DNA of 49,659 bases from the NCBI GenBank assembly GCA_038128265.1, contig JAYPJE010000032.1, positions 1 through 49,659 of the forward strand. Reading direction: 5' to 3'. Of the stretch, positions 1-7,710 are shown piece by piece. Every line of letters starts with the position of its first letter. Within the stretch, counting starts at the first letter, position 1. The position numbers were made by a program, and so were the translations under genes. The DNA is from Gemmatimonadota bacterium. GTDB taxonomy: Bacteria > Latescibacterota > UBA2968 > UBA8231. Below the pieces are notes generated by a model. That model was not told the DNA's origin. It searched no databases and saw only the letters and a list, made by a program, of their open reading frames with translations.

Positions 1-136
1 GCGGAGCCGATAGCTGGCGGCCGGCCACGCTAAATTGCTCAAAGGTCGATATTCTGCCGCGCAGATAAAATCCGACGCCGAGCATGGCCAGCGCGTAGAT
101 CGCTACGATCAATTGGTCCAGCGGTTGGATCTGCAC
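1..136 (-). CDS. Sodium:solute symporter (SSS family), N-terminal part; truncated by window edge
   Basis: Not in the ORF track; read manually from GTG at 136: MQIQPLDQLIVAIYALAMLGVGFYLRGRISTFEQFSVAGRQLSAP. Matches the SSS N-terminal pattern D-x2-I-x3-Y...G...(D/Q)F-x-VAGR-x-L. Starts 17 nt after the decarboxylase stop. Confidence 0.75.
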   Translation of the reverse strand, partial: MQIQPLDQLIVAIYALAMLGVGFYLRGRISTFEQFSVAGRQLSAP

Positions 137-153
137 GGCGCGGCTCAGCTTGC

Positions 154-1518
154 TTAGGCCAGCTGCTGTGCGCTGTCGCGCAGAGATGGATAGCGATCGG
201 CTAGAGTTTCGGCCGCCTCGACCCGCTCCAACTGACCATCGGTGCTCCAGTAGACAGTCTGGCAGACGGGCTTGATAAAGCGCTGTGCCAGCGTTTGCAC
301 ATAGGAACCCTGCGCTGGTAATAGCAGGATATCTCCCACTGCTAAATGCGTTCCGTAATAGGCGTACCCCCACAGGTCATGGGGCGTGCACAGCGATCCG
401 TAGACTCGGCAGCGCCGCTGCTGGGTCGATGGGTGGCTCAGGTTGATAAGCGGGCAGTGTTCGCTCTCCAGGCGCTCCCATCCCAGCAAATTGGTGCCCC
501 CATCGGCAATAGCGATATCGTCGCTTTTGACATCGGCCACCTGCAGCAAGATATGCACGCCCTTATTCGCTATGTAGCGACCAGGTTCCAGCCACAGTGC
601 GAGCGGGCCGACTTTCGAGCTGACGGATTGGTCAAAGGCGGTGAAGACCTCGCTGGCCATATCCTCTATCGGCTGCACGTCGTGCAGCAGGTAGCGCAGG
701 TCCCAATCCGCGGCCGGTGCATCGGCGCCGTCTTGGCCGCTGAGCGCGCGCAGGCGCTGGGCATCGGTTAGCCACGGATAGACCGCCTCGTCGTCTTCGG
801 GGTAAAAGCCGCCGCCTATATCGACAAATTTCCAACCGTCAGTCGGTATATGAGCGGCCAGCAAAGGGCCTAGGGCGCGCAGGGTTTCCACATAGCCGCG
901 AGCCTGGCGATTCCAGCTGAGATGGAACTGCACCCCCTGCAACTGCACCCAATTCATCATTCTAGCTGCTGCCGCGAATTCACCGAGAGCGCCGGCGGGA
1001 ATGCCGAACTTTGTCCAGTTGCCGTGTGCATCCGTATTGAGTCGGATGCCCGTGCGAATGGGCGTTTGGCGCCGTGCGGCCAGCGCTTCCAGACGCTCCA
1101 ACTCCGCAAAGCTGTCTAGGTGCACCGTGACTCTATCGGCGTGGTCGAGCGCTAGCTCGAGCTCGCTGTCGCTCTTGGCCGGGCCCGAAAGGACGATGTG
1201 GGGAAAGGCGCAGTGCAGGGCCAGTTCGAGTTCGAGTCCGGACGATGCGTCGGCACACAGGCCGGCACGACAGGCCGTCTGCACGACGGGCAGAGATGGG
1301 TTGGACTTGAGGGCGTAGTGCGTTCGCGTCGGCTGCTGTGGGTGGCTAAAAGCGCGTAAGAACCGCTCGGCTTGGGCATGGATACGCGCCTCGTCGACCA
1401 AGTATTGTGGCGTGCCGAATGTTTCGCTCGCGGCGAGGAAATATCCGCGCTGTGATAGGCACTGGTCGACCAGTGAGCTGAGTTCACCGGCGCGGAGGGT
1501 AGGCGTAGAAGATATCAT
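154..1518 (-). CDS. PLP-dependent decarboxylase, Orn/DAP/Arg (LysA-like, fold type III) family; substrate unknown
   Basis: Motifs YALKSN (PLP lysine), DASSGLE, KFG, DIGGGF, EPGRY, GSLCTPHD. FHLSWN replaces the usual HIGSQ, and there is a long insert after GGGF, so it is probably not housekeeping LysA. Confidence 0.85.
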   Translation of the reverse strand: MISSTPTLRAGELSSLVDQCLSQRGYFLAASETFGTPQYLVDEARIHAQAERFLRAFSHPQQPTRTHYALKSNPSLPVVQTACRAGLCADASSGLELELALHCAFPHIVLSGPAKSDSELELALDHADRVTVHLDSFAELERLEALAARRQTPIRTGIRLNTDAHGNWTKFGIPAGALGEFAAAARMMNWVQLQGVQFHLSWNRQARGYVETLRALGPLLAAHIPTDGWKFVDIGGGFYPEDDEAVYPWLTDAQRLRALSGQDGADAPAADWDLRYLLHDVQPIEDMASEVFTAFDQSVSSKVGPLALWLEPGRYIANKGVHILLQVADVKSDDIAIADGGTNLLGWERLESEHCPLINLSHPSTQQRRCRVYGSLCTPHDLWGYAYYGTHLAVGDILLLPAQGSYVQTLAQRFIKPVCQTVYWSTDGQLERVEAAETLADRYPSLRDSAQQLA

Positions 1519-2777
1519 AGCGGATTTGGTTCCAATTCGTTGGCGAAGGTGATATGCACGGCATCAGACAATTCTCTCCACAGATCTGCTAGGCCGCTTG
1601 AATCGGGGCAATAAGCGAGGCAAGAAGCGACAATACGATCTTCGTAGCTACCGGCCCAATGGCGCAGCGTATCGCCTGGTTCGCAGTAGGCCTCGATCAA
1701 TTTGTAAAAGCTGCCGTGGGCGCGCAGGGCGGAAAAATCGATCTGCTGTATCGTGCCTTCGCGATCGCTCATGAGGTGCAGTGCACACAGCGGACGCCGC
1801 GGATGCGGCCAGTGAATGGCACGCGGGGTTTCGCCGATGGCCGCCTCGCAGGTAGCGCGTATGGGATCGTAATTAAACGCTGCTCTGCACAGGTCGGGCA
1901 AGCAGTCTCCGCCCGGACGGGGGGCCATCTCCAGCAGGTAAAACACGTCGTTAGAGAGGATGAGATCGGCCATGCCGATGCCGCGCATCATGCCCACCGC
2001 GCGCGCGGCTTGGCGCAGCGTGTCCTGTAGCTGGCGGCGCAGTCGCTGCGGTAGGTGTGGGATGCAATAGCCGCCGACGACGCCTGCCTGTGTGGGCGTT
2101 TCAACGAGGAACTTTTCACATAGGCGCAGAATGCGCAGGCGCTGTCCCTCGATAAAAAAGTCGACGCCAAACTCGCGGCCTTGAATACACCGCTGGGCTA
2201 GGTAGGCGGGCGATGGATCGTTGGGAAAGCGCTCCCGCAGACCGTGCTGGATGCGCGTATGGGCATCGGCTAACTGGCTTGGGTCGTCGATGCGCAAGAC
2301 CCATTCGCTGCCCGTCGCATCGATGGGCTTTATTATCCAAGGGGGAGAGCAGGTCGAAGCAAAGGTTTCCAATTCACTCAGGTCGTCGATGCGCTGTGCG
2401 GTCGGCACGGGAACGCCGCTGCGCTCCCACAGCGCGCCGCACCGCGCCTTGTCGCGCAGGAGAGCGGCCGTCTGTACGTCGACGTAGGGCAGACCCAGTC
2501 CAGCTGCTAAGAGTGCAGTTAGGGGTAGGTATTCACAGACAAAGCAGGCGATACCCGCGTAGCAAAGACGCTGTGTGAGAGCGTAGTCGGTGGCGCAGCG
2601 CAGCGCAGCTCGACCGTCGCTCAGATCGGCAGCGAGCGCGCGGAAGCCGGCCGTACGCAGCTCTTTAGCACGGGCTGGCCGCGCGATAAATACGGCGTTG
2701 GGGAAGTGGCTACATACTCGTCTGGCATAGTCCAGACTGGGGTGTACCACCAGTAATGGATTGTTTGAATGGGTCAT
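1515..2777 (-). CDS. ATP-grasp ligase (L-amino-acid ligase-like) 3
   Basis: LRDK, IKPIDATGSEWV, QRCIQGREFGVD, LEMAPRPGGD; LAL-type C-terminal domain. Stop overlaps the decarboxylase start. Confidence 0.85.
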   Translation of the reverse strand: MTHSNNPLLVVHPSLDYARRVCSHFPNAVFIARPARAKELRTAGFRALAADLSDGRAALRCATDYALTQRLCYAGIACFVCEYLPLTALLAAGLGLPYVDVQTAALLRDKARCGALWERSGVPVPTAQRIDDLSELETFASTCSPPWIIKPIDATGSEWVLRIDDPSQLADAHTRIQHGLRERFPNDPSPAYLAQRCIQGREFGVDFFIEGQRLRILRLCEKFLVETPTQAGVVGGYCIPHLPQRLRRQLQDTLRQAARAVGMMRGIGMADLILSNDVFYLLEMAPRPGGDCLPDLCRAAFNYDPIRATCEAAIGETPRAIHWPHPRRPLCALHLMSDREGTIQQIDFSALRAHGSFYKLIEAYCEPGDTLRHWAGSYEDRIVASCLAYCPDSSGLADLWRELSDAVHITFANELEPNPL

Positions 2778-2778
2778 G

Positions 2779-4095
2779 TCAGGATGTAATTGGATCGGTG
2801 TCGATATGAAATACGACGCGTGAGTACAGCGACTCTAGTGCGGCATCGGCACCGGGTAGGTCGGCAGCACACACGCTCATATAGCCTAGAAACTCAAAGC
2901 CGTCAGGCGGGATCAACACCCGTTCGCCAACGGAAAAGTCGAGGCACAGTTCGCTCAGGCGCGGGTCACTTTGCACGTCATCAATACCGTCGATACGCGC
3001 AATGATGCCCGACTTTTCGGGCAAAAAATAGCGCATTTTCATTGCCCCCTGCGGATGTCGACGCGGGTAGTTTCGGGGCTGTCCACTGGCAATAAGCGCG
3101 CCTTCAGCGTAGATGTCGATGCCGTGCAGCGAGTGCAGGAAGTCGGCAATATTGTCGGCGCCGCGCCGCGCCGCGATTTCGAGCACGCAGATGGCATCGC
3201 CGTCGATTTTTAACTCGCAGTGAAAACAGCTGTTGCGCAGGCCCAGTGCCCGAACGGCGCTGGCGGCGGCATCTTGGATGGCCTCTTCGCGCGCCGAGCC
3301 CAGATGTGTTGGCATCCATTCCTCGTATTCGAGAAAGTAGTCCTCGTCTTTGATGCGCTCGATTTCAATAACGCCAAAGCAGCTCACCTCGCCGTCGCTG
3401 ACAATGCCGTCAACGCTCACCTGCTGTCCGGGGATAAAGCCCTCTAATAGGAAGTGCTCTCGCGGGTCGAAGACGTCGGCTGAGGCAATGCCACGACCTG
3501 CTTCAGGCAGCCAAAATTCGAACGGATACTGGGGATTTTCCTCGCGGTAGCTATCGATGTAGGTCCGCACTGATTCAACGTGTGCGGCGATGGTGTCCAA
3601 TCCGTCCTCCGGCATGAGGCGCACGACGCCGTAGCTCGAAGAGCCGCTAATCGGTTTGAGCACCATCGGGCGGTCGTGCTGCTGTAGTATAGAACGTGCC
3701 TGCTGAGCGCTGTTGACCAAGTGGAACTCGGGTGTGGGCAGGCCGGCGTCGCGCATCGCTGTGCGCATGAGGTATTTGTTGCGCGCGCGCAGCGCGGCGG
3801 CCGGAGCGTTGGCCGGTAGGCCGAGGTGTTCGGCGATAAAGCTGGCGCCGAGCACGCCGCTTTCTGAAAAGCTAAGCACGCCGTCGACGGGGTCGCGCCT
3901 GTTGAGGTCAACCGCACAGGCTAGTGCTGCACTGAGGTCTTCCTGGTAGTCGATGTCAAACGTCGCATCGAAACAGGCCTGATCGCTGGCGTTTGGGCAG
4001 CGCTTTATTAGGCTGGCGCGAAAGCCGAGCGCGCGCAGACGCTCAACATAGGGGCGCGCATCACCGGCCGTATGAACAAAGAGTAGATGTTTCAT
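2779..4095 (-). CDS. ATP-grasp ligase (L-amino-acid ligase-like) 2
   Basis: ARNKYLMR, LKPISGSSSYGV, EGFIPGQQVSVDG, HCELK, LEIAARRGAD; LAL-type C-terminal domain. Confidence 0.88.
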   Translation of the reverse strand: MKHLLFVHTAGDARPYVERLRALGFRASLIKRCPNASDQACFDATFDIDYQEDLSAALACAVDLNRRDPVDGVLSFSESGVLGASFIAEHLGLPANAPAAALRARNKYLMRTAMRDAGLPTPEFHLVNSAQQARSILQQHDRPMVLKPISGSSSYGVVRLMPEDGLDTIAAHVESVRTYIDSYREENPQYPFEFWLPEAGRGIASADVFDPREHFLLEGFIPGQQVSVDGIVSDGEVSCFGVIEIERIKDEDYFLEYEEWMPTHLGSAREEAIQDAAASAVRALGLRNSCFHCELKIDGDAICVLEIAARRGADNIADFLHSLHGIDIYAEGALIASGQPRNYPRRHPQGAMKMRYFLPEKSGIIARIDGIDDVQSDPRLSELCLDFSVGERVLIPPDGFEFLGYMSVCAADLPGADAALESLYSRVVFHIDTDPITS

Positions 4096-5366
4096 CCTGC
4101 GGCCTCGGTATGGTAGAATACCTGCTGCTGGTCCTCAATGACAAAGGCGCTTTGCAGGCGAGCAGCCTGCGCATCTATGCGCCGGCTGGCCTCGCGGTAG
4201 CTGCGTCCCCATACGCTGATCCAAGCAAGGTTGTCATAGCCGTGCGGCGGGACGGCTACGCAGTCGCCGGGCCCCTTGGTGAGCACCACTTCGATGAGGT
4301 TGCGGCTAGCCCGCGGTTGGCCTCTGCGCTCGAGGCGCACGAGCCCCGGTTTTTCCGGAACGAGCGTGCGCGAGATACCGTAGCCTAGGGCGGCAGTCGC
4401 CGGACTGACTGGCTGACCGAGTGCGGCGCGTATGTTTTCTATAGCTAGGTCAATTCCATAGACGCGCTGTACCAGTGCGTGAATGCAGTCGCCGCCCATG
4501 CGCGCACCTATTTCGATAATGCGGGGGCCGTCAGCGGTGATTTTGACTTCTGCATGGATGCCGCAGTTGTCTAATTCCAGCGCGGCGACGCCGTTGCGCA
4601 CCATGGTGCGAATCTGTTGCTGCACGTCCTCGGGAAAGAGCGAGGGCGTGGTTTCGCCGCGCTCTACAAAGCTGTCTTCGTCCATCTTGGCCTTGTCGAT
4701 GATGGCATAGATGGTCACCTGTCCGTTTTGCACAACGCCTTCGACGCTGACCTCCGGGCCGATGAGCAGGCTTTCGAGCACGTAGGTTCCGCTCTGGTAG
4801 CGATAGATGCAGTCTTGAATGCGCACGTCATCGCGTATGGACTGGAAGGTCTGGATGGCCTGCGGCGGCGTTTCGACGCGCAGCACCCATTCGCTATCGG
4901 AACCCCATTCCGGTTTCAGCACGGCGGGTGTGCCGACCGCGGCGCAGGCCTCGATCAGCGAGCTGTGGTCGAAAAAGCGGCGAAATGTGGGAACCGGCAC
5001 GCCGGCCTGTTCAAAGGCGCGCCGCATGCGGTATTTGCTGCGTGCGGCGAGTGCGGCCTGCGGGGCGTTGCCGGGCAAGCCGAGGCGAGCGCTGATCAGC
5101 GCACAGGTTGGCACGTCTTCCTCCCAGAAGGTCACGATGCCGTCGAACTGCTCGCGGCTATGGAGATCTTCGGCGAGTGCGACAACTTCGGGAATGCTGA
5201 GTCCGGCTGTGCAGTGCGTTTGTTGGACGAGAGAAGAGGCCCAGTTGGTCTCTGGATTCAACAGGTGGACCTGGGCGCCGAGTTGGCTGGCGGCGACAAA
5301 GGTCATGCGCTTCTTCGGGGATCCGCTATGGACGAAGAGCAGCTTGGGCGAGCGGGGTTCGATCAT
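4092..5366 (-). CDS. ATP-grasp ligase (L-amino-acid ligase-like) 1
   Basis: ARSKYRMR, LKPEWGSDSEWV, ESLLIGPEVSVEG, HAEVK, IEIGARMGGD; GGAGG RBS upstream; ATGA overlap with the next gene. Confidence 0.9.
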   Translation of the reverse strand: MIEPRSPKLLFVHSGSPKKRMTFVAASQLGAQVHLLNPETNWASSLVQQTHCTAGLSIPEVVALAEDLHSREQFDGIVTFWEEDVPTCALISARLGLPGNAPQAALAARSKYRMRRAFEQAGVPVPTFRRFFDHSSLIEACAAVGTPAVLKPEWGSDSEWVLRVETPPQAIQTFQSIRDDVRIQDCIYRYQSGTYVLESLLIGPEVSVEGVVQNGQVTIYAIIDKAKMDEDSFVERGETTPSLFPEDVQQQIRTMVRNGVAALELDNCGIHAEVKITADGPRIIEIGARMGGDCIHALVQRVYGIDLAIENIRAALGQPVSPATAALGYGISRTLVPEKPGLVRLERRGQPRASRNLIEVVLTKGPGDCVAVPPHGYDNLAWISVWGRSYREASRRIDAQAARLQSAFVIEDQQQVFYHTEAAG

Positions 5367-5370
5367 CTAG

Positions 5371-5442
5371 CTAACGACCTCCGTAGGCAAGGTAGAACAG
5401 TTGAAGTGTGGATTTGCATTGGTTCGCGTCGCGCATTGACAT
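5371..5442 (-). CDS. Possible 23-aa small ORF MSMRDANQCKSTLQLFYLAYGGR
   Basis: Read manually: AAGGA followed by ATG at 5442 and TAG at 5373-5371. Fills the gap between fliG and the first ATP-grasp gene. May be spurious. Confidence 0.25.
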   Translation of the reverse strand: MSMRDANQCKSTLQLFYLAYGGR

Positions 5443-5461
5443 AGGACGTCCTTTGCTGGGA

Positions 5462-6487
5462 TTAAACGAATTGATCGTCGGAGTCGCCGCGGACAACGGT
5501 GATTTGTCCCTGCTCCTCCAACTGGCGGACCTGCTGCACGATGCGCAGCTGGACCTCTTCTACTTCGGATACGCGCATCGGTCCGAGGAATTCCATCTCC
5601 TCGGTTATGTAGGTTCGCACGCGCTCGGACATATTGCCGAGAATCTTGTTTTTCAGCTCTTCACCGGCCGTCTTGAGCGCAATGACCAGATCCTTCTGAT
5701 CGACTTCGCGCATCAGCGTCTGTATTTCTCGATCGGTCAGCCGTACGATGTCGGCAAAGACGAACATCAGGTTGCGCACCGACTCTGCTACTTCTGGGTC
5801 CATGGCATCCATCTGGTCGAGGACGTTTTTTTCGACGGATGAGCCGGTCAGGTTGAGCATATCGGCAATGACGCGGGGGCCGCCGACGTCCTGGTTGCCG
5901 CCCAGCACGTCGCGCAGCGAGGCCTCGAGGCTTTCTTCGATCTGCTTGAGGACGGCGGGCGTGATGTTTTCCATCGTGGCTATGCGATAAGCAACGCCGG
6001 CCTGCAGGCGCTCGGGTAGCTGTGAGAGAATGCCCGAAGCCTGAGCCGAATCCAGCTGCGATAGGATAAGCGCGATGGTTTGTGGATGTTCGTGGCTTAT
6101 AAAGGGAGCAATCTGCTCGGGCGAGACGTTGCGCAGCATGTAGAAACCAGAGGCCACGCGGCTGCTGACGCGGTCGAGTATTTCCTGTGCCTTGCGCGGG
6201 CCAACCGCGCGTTCGAGAGCATTGCGGGCAAAGTCGATGCCGCCCTGACTGATCCATTCACCGGCCAGCAGGTGCTGTTCGAAGTCCTCGAGAACGCGGT
6301 CCATCACTTCGACGGAAACGCTCTTGAGTGCTGCTATAGACTGGGTTATTTCCTCGACCTCGTAATCGGAGAGGTGCTTCATTACCTCTCCGGCCACGTC
6401 GTGGCCGAGGGCGACCATGACGATGGCTACGCGCTGGCGCAGGGGGATTTCGGGTTCTTCGCTAACTTCTGCTGTAGCTGAGGCCAT
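5462..6487 (-). CDS. fliG: Flagellar motor switch protein FliG (full length, stand-alone)
   Basis: QGGIDFARNALERAVG, EHPQTIALILSQL, GG linker, MFVF motif, NMSER..EEMEFLGPMRVSEVEEVQ. ATG at 6487 preferred over the track's TTG at 6496. Confidence 0.95.
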   Translation of the reverse strand: MASATAEVSEEPEIPLRQRVAIVMVALGHDVAGEVMKHLSDYEVEEITQSIAALKSVSVEVMDRVLEDFEQHLLAGEWISQGGIDFARNALERAVGPRKAQEILDRVSSRVASGFYMLRNVSPEQIAPFISHEHPQTIALILSQLDSAQASGILSQLPERLQAGVAYRIATMENITPAVLKQIEESLEASLRDVLGGNQDVGGPRVIADMLNLTGSSVEKNVLDQMDAMDPEVAESVRNLMFVFADIVRLTDREIQTLMREVDQKDLVIALKTAGEELKNKILGNMSERVRTYITEEMEFLGPMRVSEVEEVQLRIVQQVRQLEEQGQITVVRGDSDDQFV

Positions 6488-6494
6488 TGGCAAC

Positions 6495-6529
6495 AAAAAA
6501 ACCGCACAAGTAAACTATACCAGTGCGGC
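6495..6529 (-). terminator. Intrinsic terminator in the fliG leader (riboswitch expression platform)
   Basis: Minus strand GCCGCAC-TGGTATAGTTTACTT-GTGCGG-TTTTTTT, ending about 8 nt before the fliG ATG. Confidence 0.8.
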
Positions 6530-6582
6530 CTTTGCTACTCGCGCGAAGGAGTTGTCTAAATAGACCGCACTGAACGAATGGC

Positions 6583-6675
6583 CTTCGACAGTGCGGCTGT
6601 CCTTAGGTGGCCAGAGGCCAGATGAGGACCCGTTCCTTCGCGTCCTACGCTTTCGCGTAGTTTGCCTTTTCGAAA
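6583..6675 (-). ncRNA. c-di-GMP-I (GEMM-I)-like riboswitch aptamer, variant ligand pocket
   Basis: Minus strand TTTCG-AAAAGGCAAA-CTACGC-GAAA-GCGTAG-GACGC-GAAGGAACGG-GTCCTCA..TGGCC-TCT-GGCCA..CTAAGGAC-AGCCG-CACTGT-CGAAG. Shows P1 (TTTCG/CGAAG), P2 with GAAA tetraloop, GGCAAAC/GACGC core, receptor-like element and AGCCG. Lies upstream of a flagellar gene and a terminator. Confidence 0.85.
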
Positions 6676-6789
6676 CGAAGACTGAGTGAAAATGTGAATA
6701 TTATGCCCAAAAAAATCAAGGGCATATTTTTCCGACGAAGCATTATTTTTTTTCGCATCGTCAGTGGCGCTTCTTGGGCATATCGGATG

Positions 6790-7710
6790 CTATGGTTCTT
6801 GGGCCAGTCCGGCGTCGCCCTTGAGCCACTGGGGATCTTCAAAAACGGGATCGGGGTAGGTGTAAAAGCCCCTGCCGGTCTTGCAGCCCAGCTCGCCGCG
6901 AGCGACGCGGTCGGTCAGGATGGGCGGGGGTGCGTCTCGCTCCAGGCCCGATTCGCGATAGTACACGTTTTCGATATCGCATATGACGTCCAGCCCTACG
7001 CGATCCATCAGGGCAAAAGGCCCCATTTTCATACCCGTAAAAATCATCCAAGCGCGGTCGACGTTTTCGTGCGAAGTGACGCCGTCGTTCACTAGGTGTA
7101 AGGTCTCGCGTTTGATGGCGCGCCAGACGCGGTTAAAGATAAATCCGGTGCTCTCTTTATCTACGACGAGAGGCGTTACGCCGATGCGCTGGGCACAGCG
7201 GTACACGGCCTCAATGGTCTCTTCGGACGTCGCGCTGCCGCGCATCAACTCGACCATCGGGCGCTGCCAAATAAGGCCGTAAAAATGCATATTGAGGACT
7301 TTGTCGAGGCGCTGTGTGGCGCTTTCGATCGCAGAGATTTTAATCGAGGAGCTGTTGGTAGCCAAAATTGTGTCGGGGGGCGTTAATGCGTCGAGTTGGG
7401 CAAAGAGCTGGCGCTTGAGTTCGAGGCGTTCGGGAATGGCTTCTATGACTAGGCCAGCGTCGGCCACGCCCTGTTCTAGCTCTTCGACATAGGTCATGCG
7501 CGCTCGCACGGCATCACTCTCGGCCGCGTCGTGTTCGCCGTCGTCGGTGCGGCGCTGCAGCTCCGTTGCCACGGTCTGCTGTGACTGCGCGCGCGCGTGG
7601 GAAGAGGGCTCGACCAGTCGCGTCTGATAGCCGTGGGCGGCGCACTGCAGGCCGATTTGCGTGCCGAGAAAACCCGACCCAACTACGCATATATACTGAA
7701 AATCGCTCAT
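6790..7710 (-). CDS. 3-hydroxyacyl-CoA dehydrogenase family protein (NAD-binding)
   Basis: VVGSGFLGTQIG Rossmann motif, IEAIPERLELK, ATNSSS, MHF, GFIFNR, MGPFALMDRVGLD, GCKTGRGFY. Confidence 0.92.
   Translation of the reverse strand: MSDFQYICVVGSGFLGTQIGLQCAAHGYQTRLVEPSSHARAQSQQTVATELQRRTDDGEHDAAESDAVRARMTYVEELEQGVADAGLVIEAIPERLELKRQLFAQLDALTPPDTILATNSSSIKISAIESATQRLDKVLNMHFYGLIWQRPMVELMRGSATSEETIEAVYRCAQRIGVTPLVVDKESTGFIFNRVWRAIKRETLHLVNDGVTSHENVDRAWMIFTGMKMGPFALMDRVGLDVICDIENVYYRESGLERDAPPPILTDRVARGELGCKTGRGFYTYPDPVFEDPQWLKGDAGLAQEP

Noticed and set aside
154..1518. Calling the decarboxylase lysA
   Set aside because: Divergent substrate-loop motifs and the biosynthetic-cluster context.
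4617..5444. 275-aa plus-strand ORF
   Set aside because: Antisense to ATP-grasp gene 1; no recognisable domain.
6645..6842. 65-aa minus-strand ORF (and 6694..7095 plus-strand ORF)
   Set aside because: They overlap the dehydrogenase end, the AT-rich promoter region and (for the minus-strand ORF) the riboswitch; no protein-like features.
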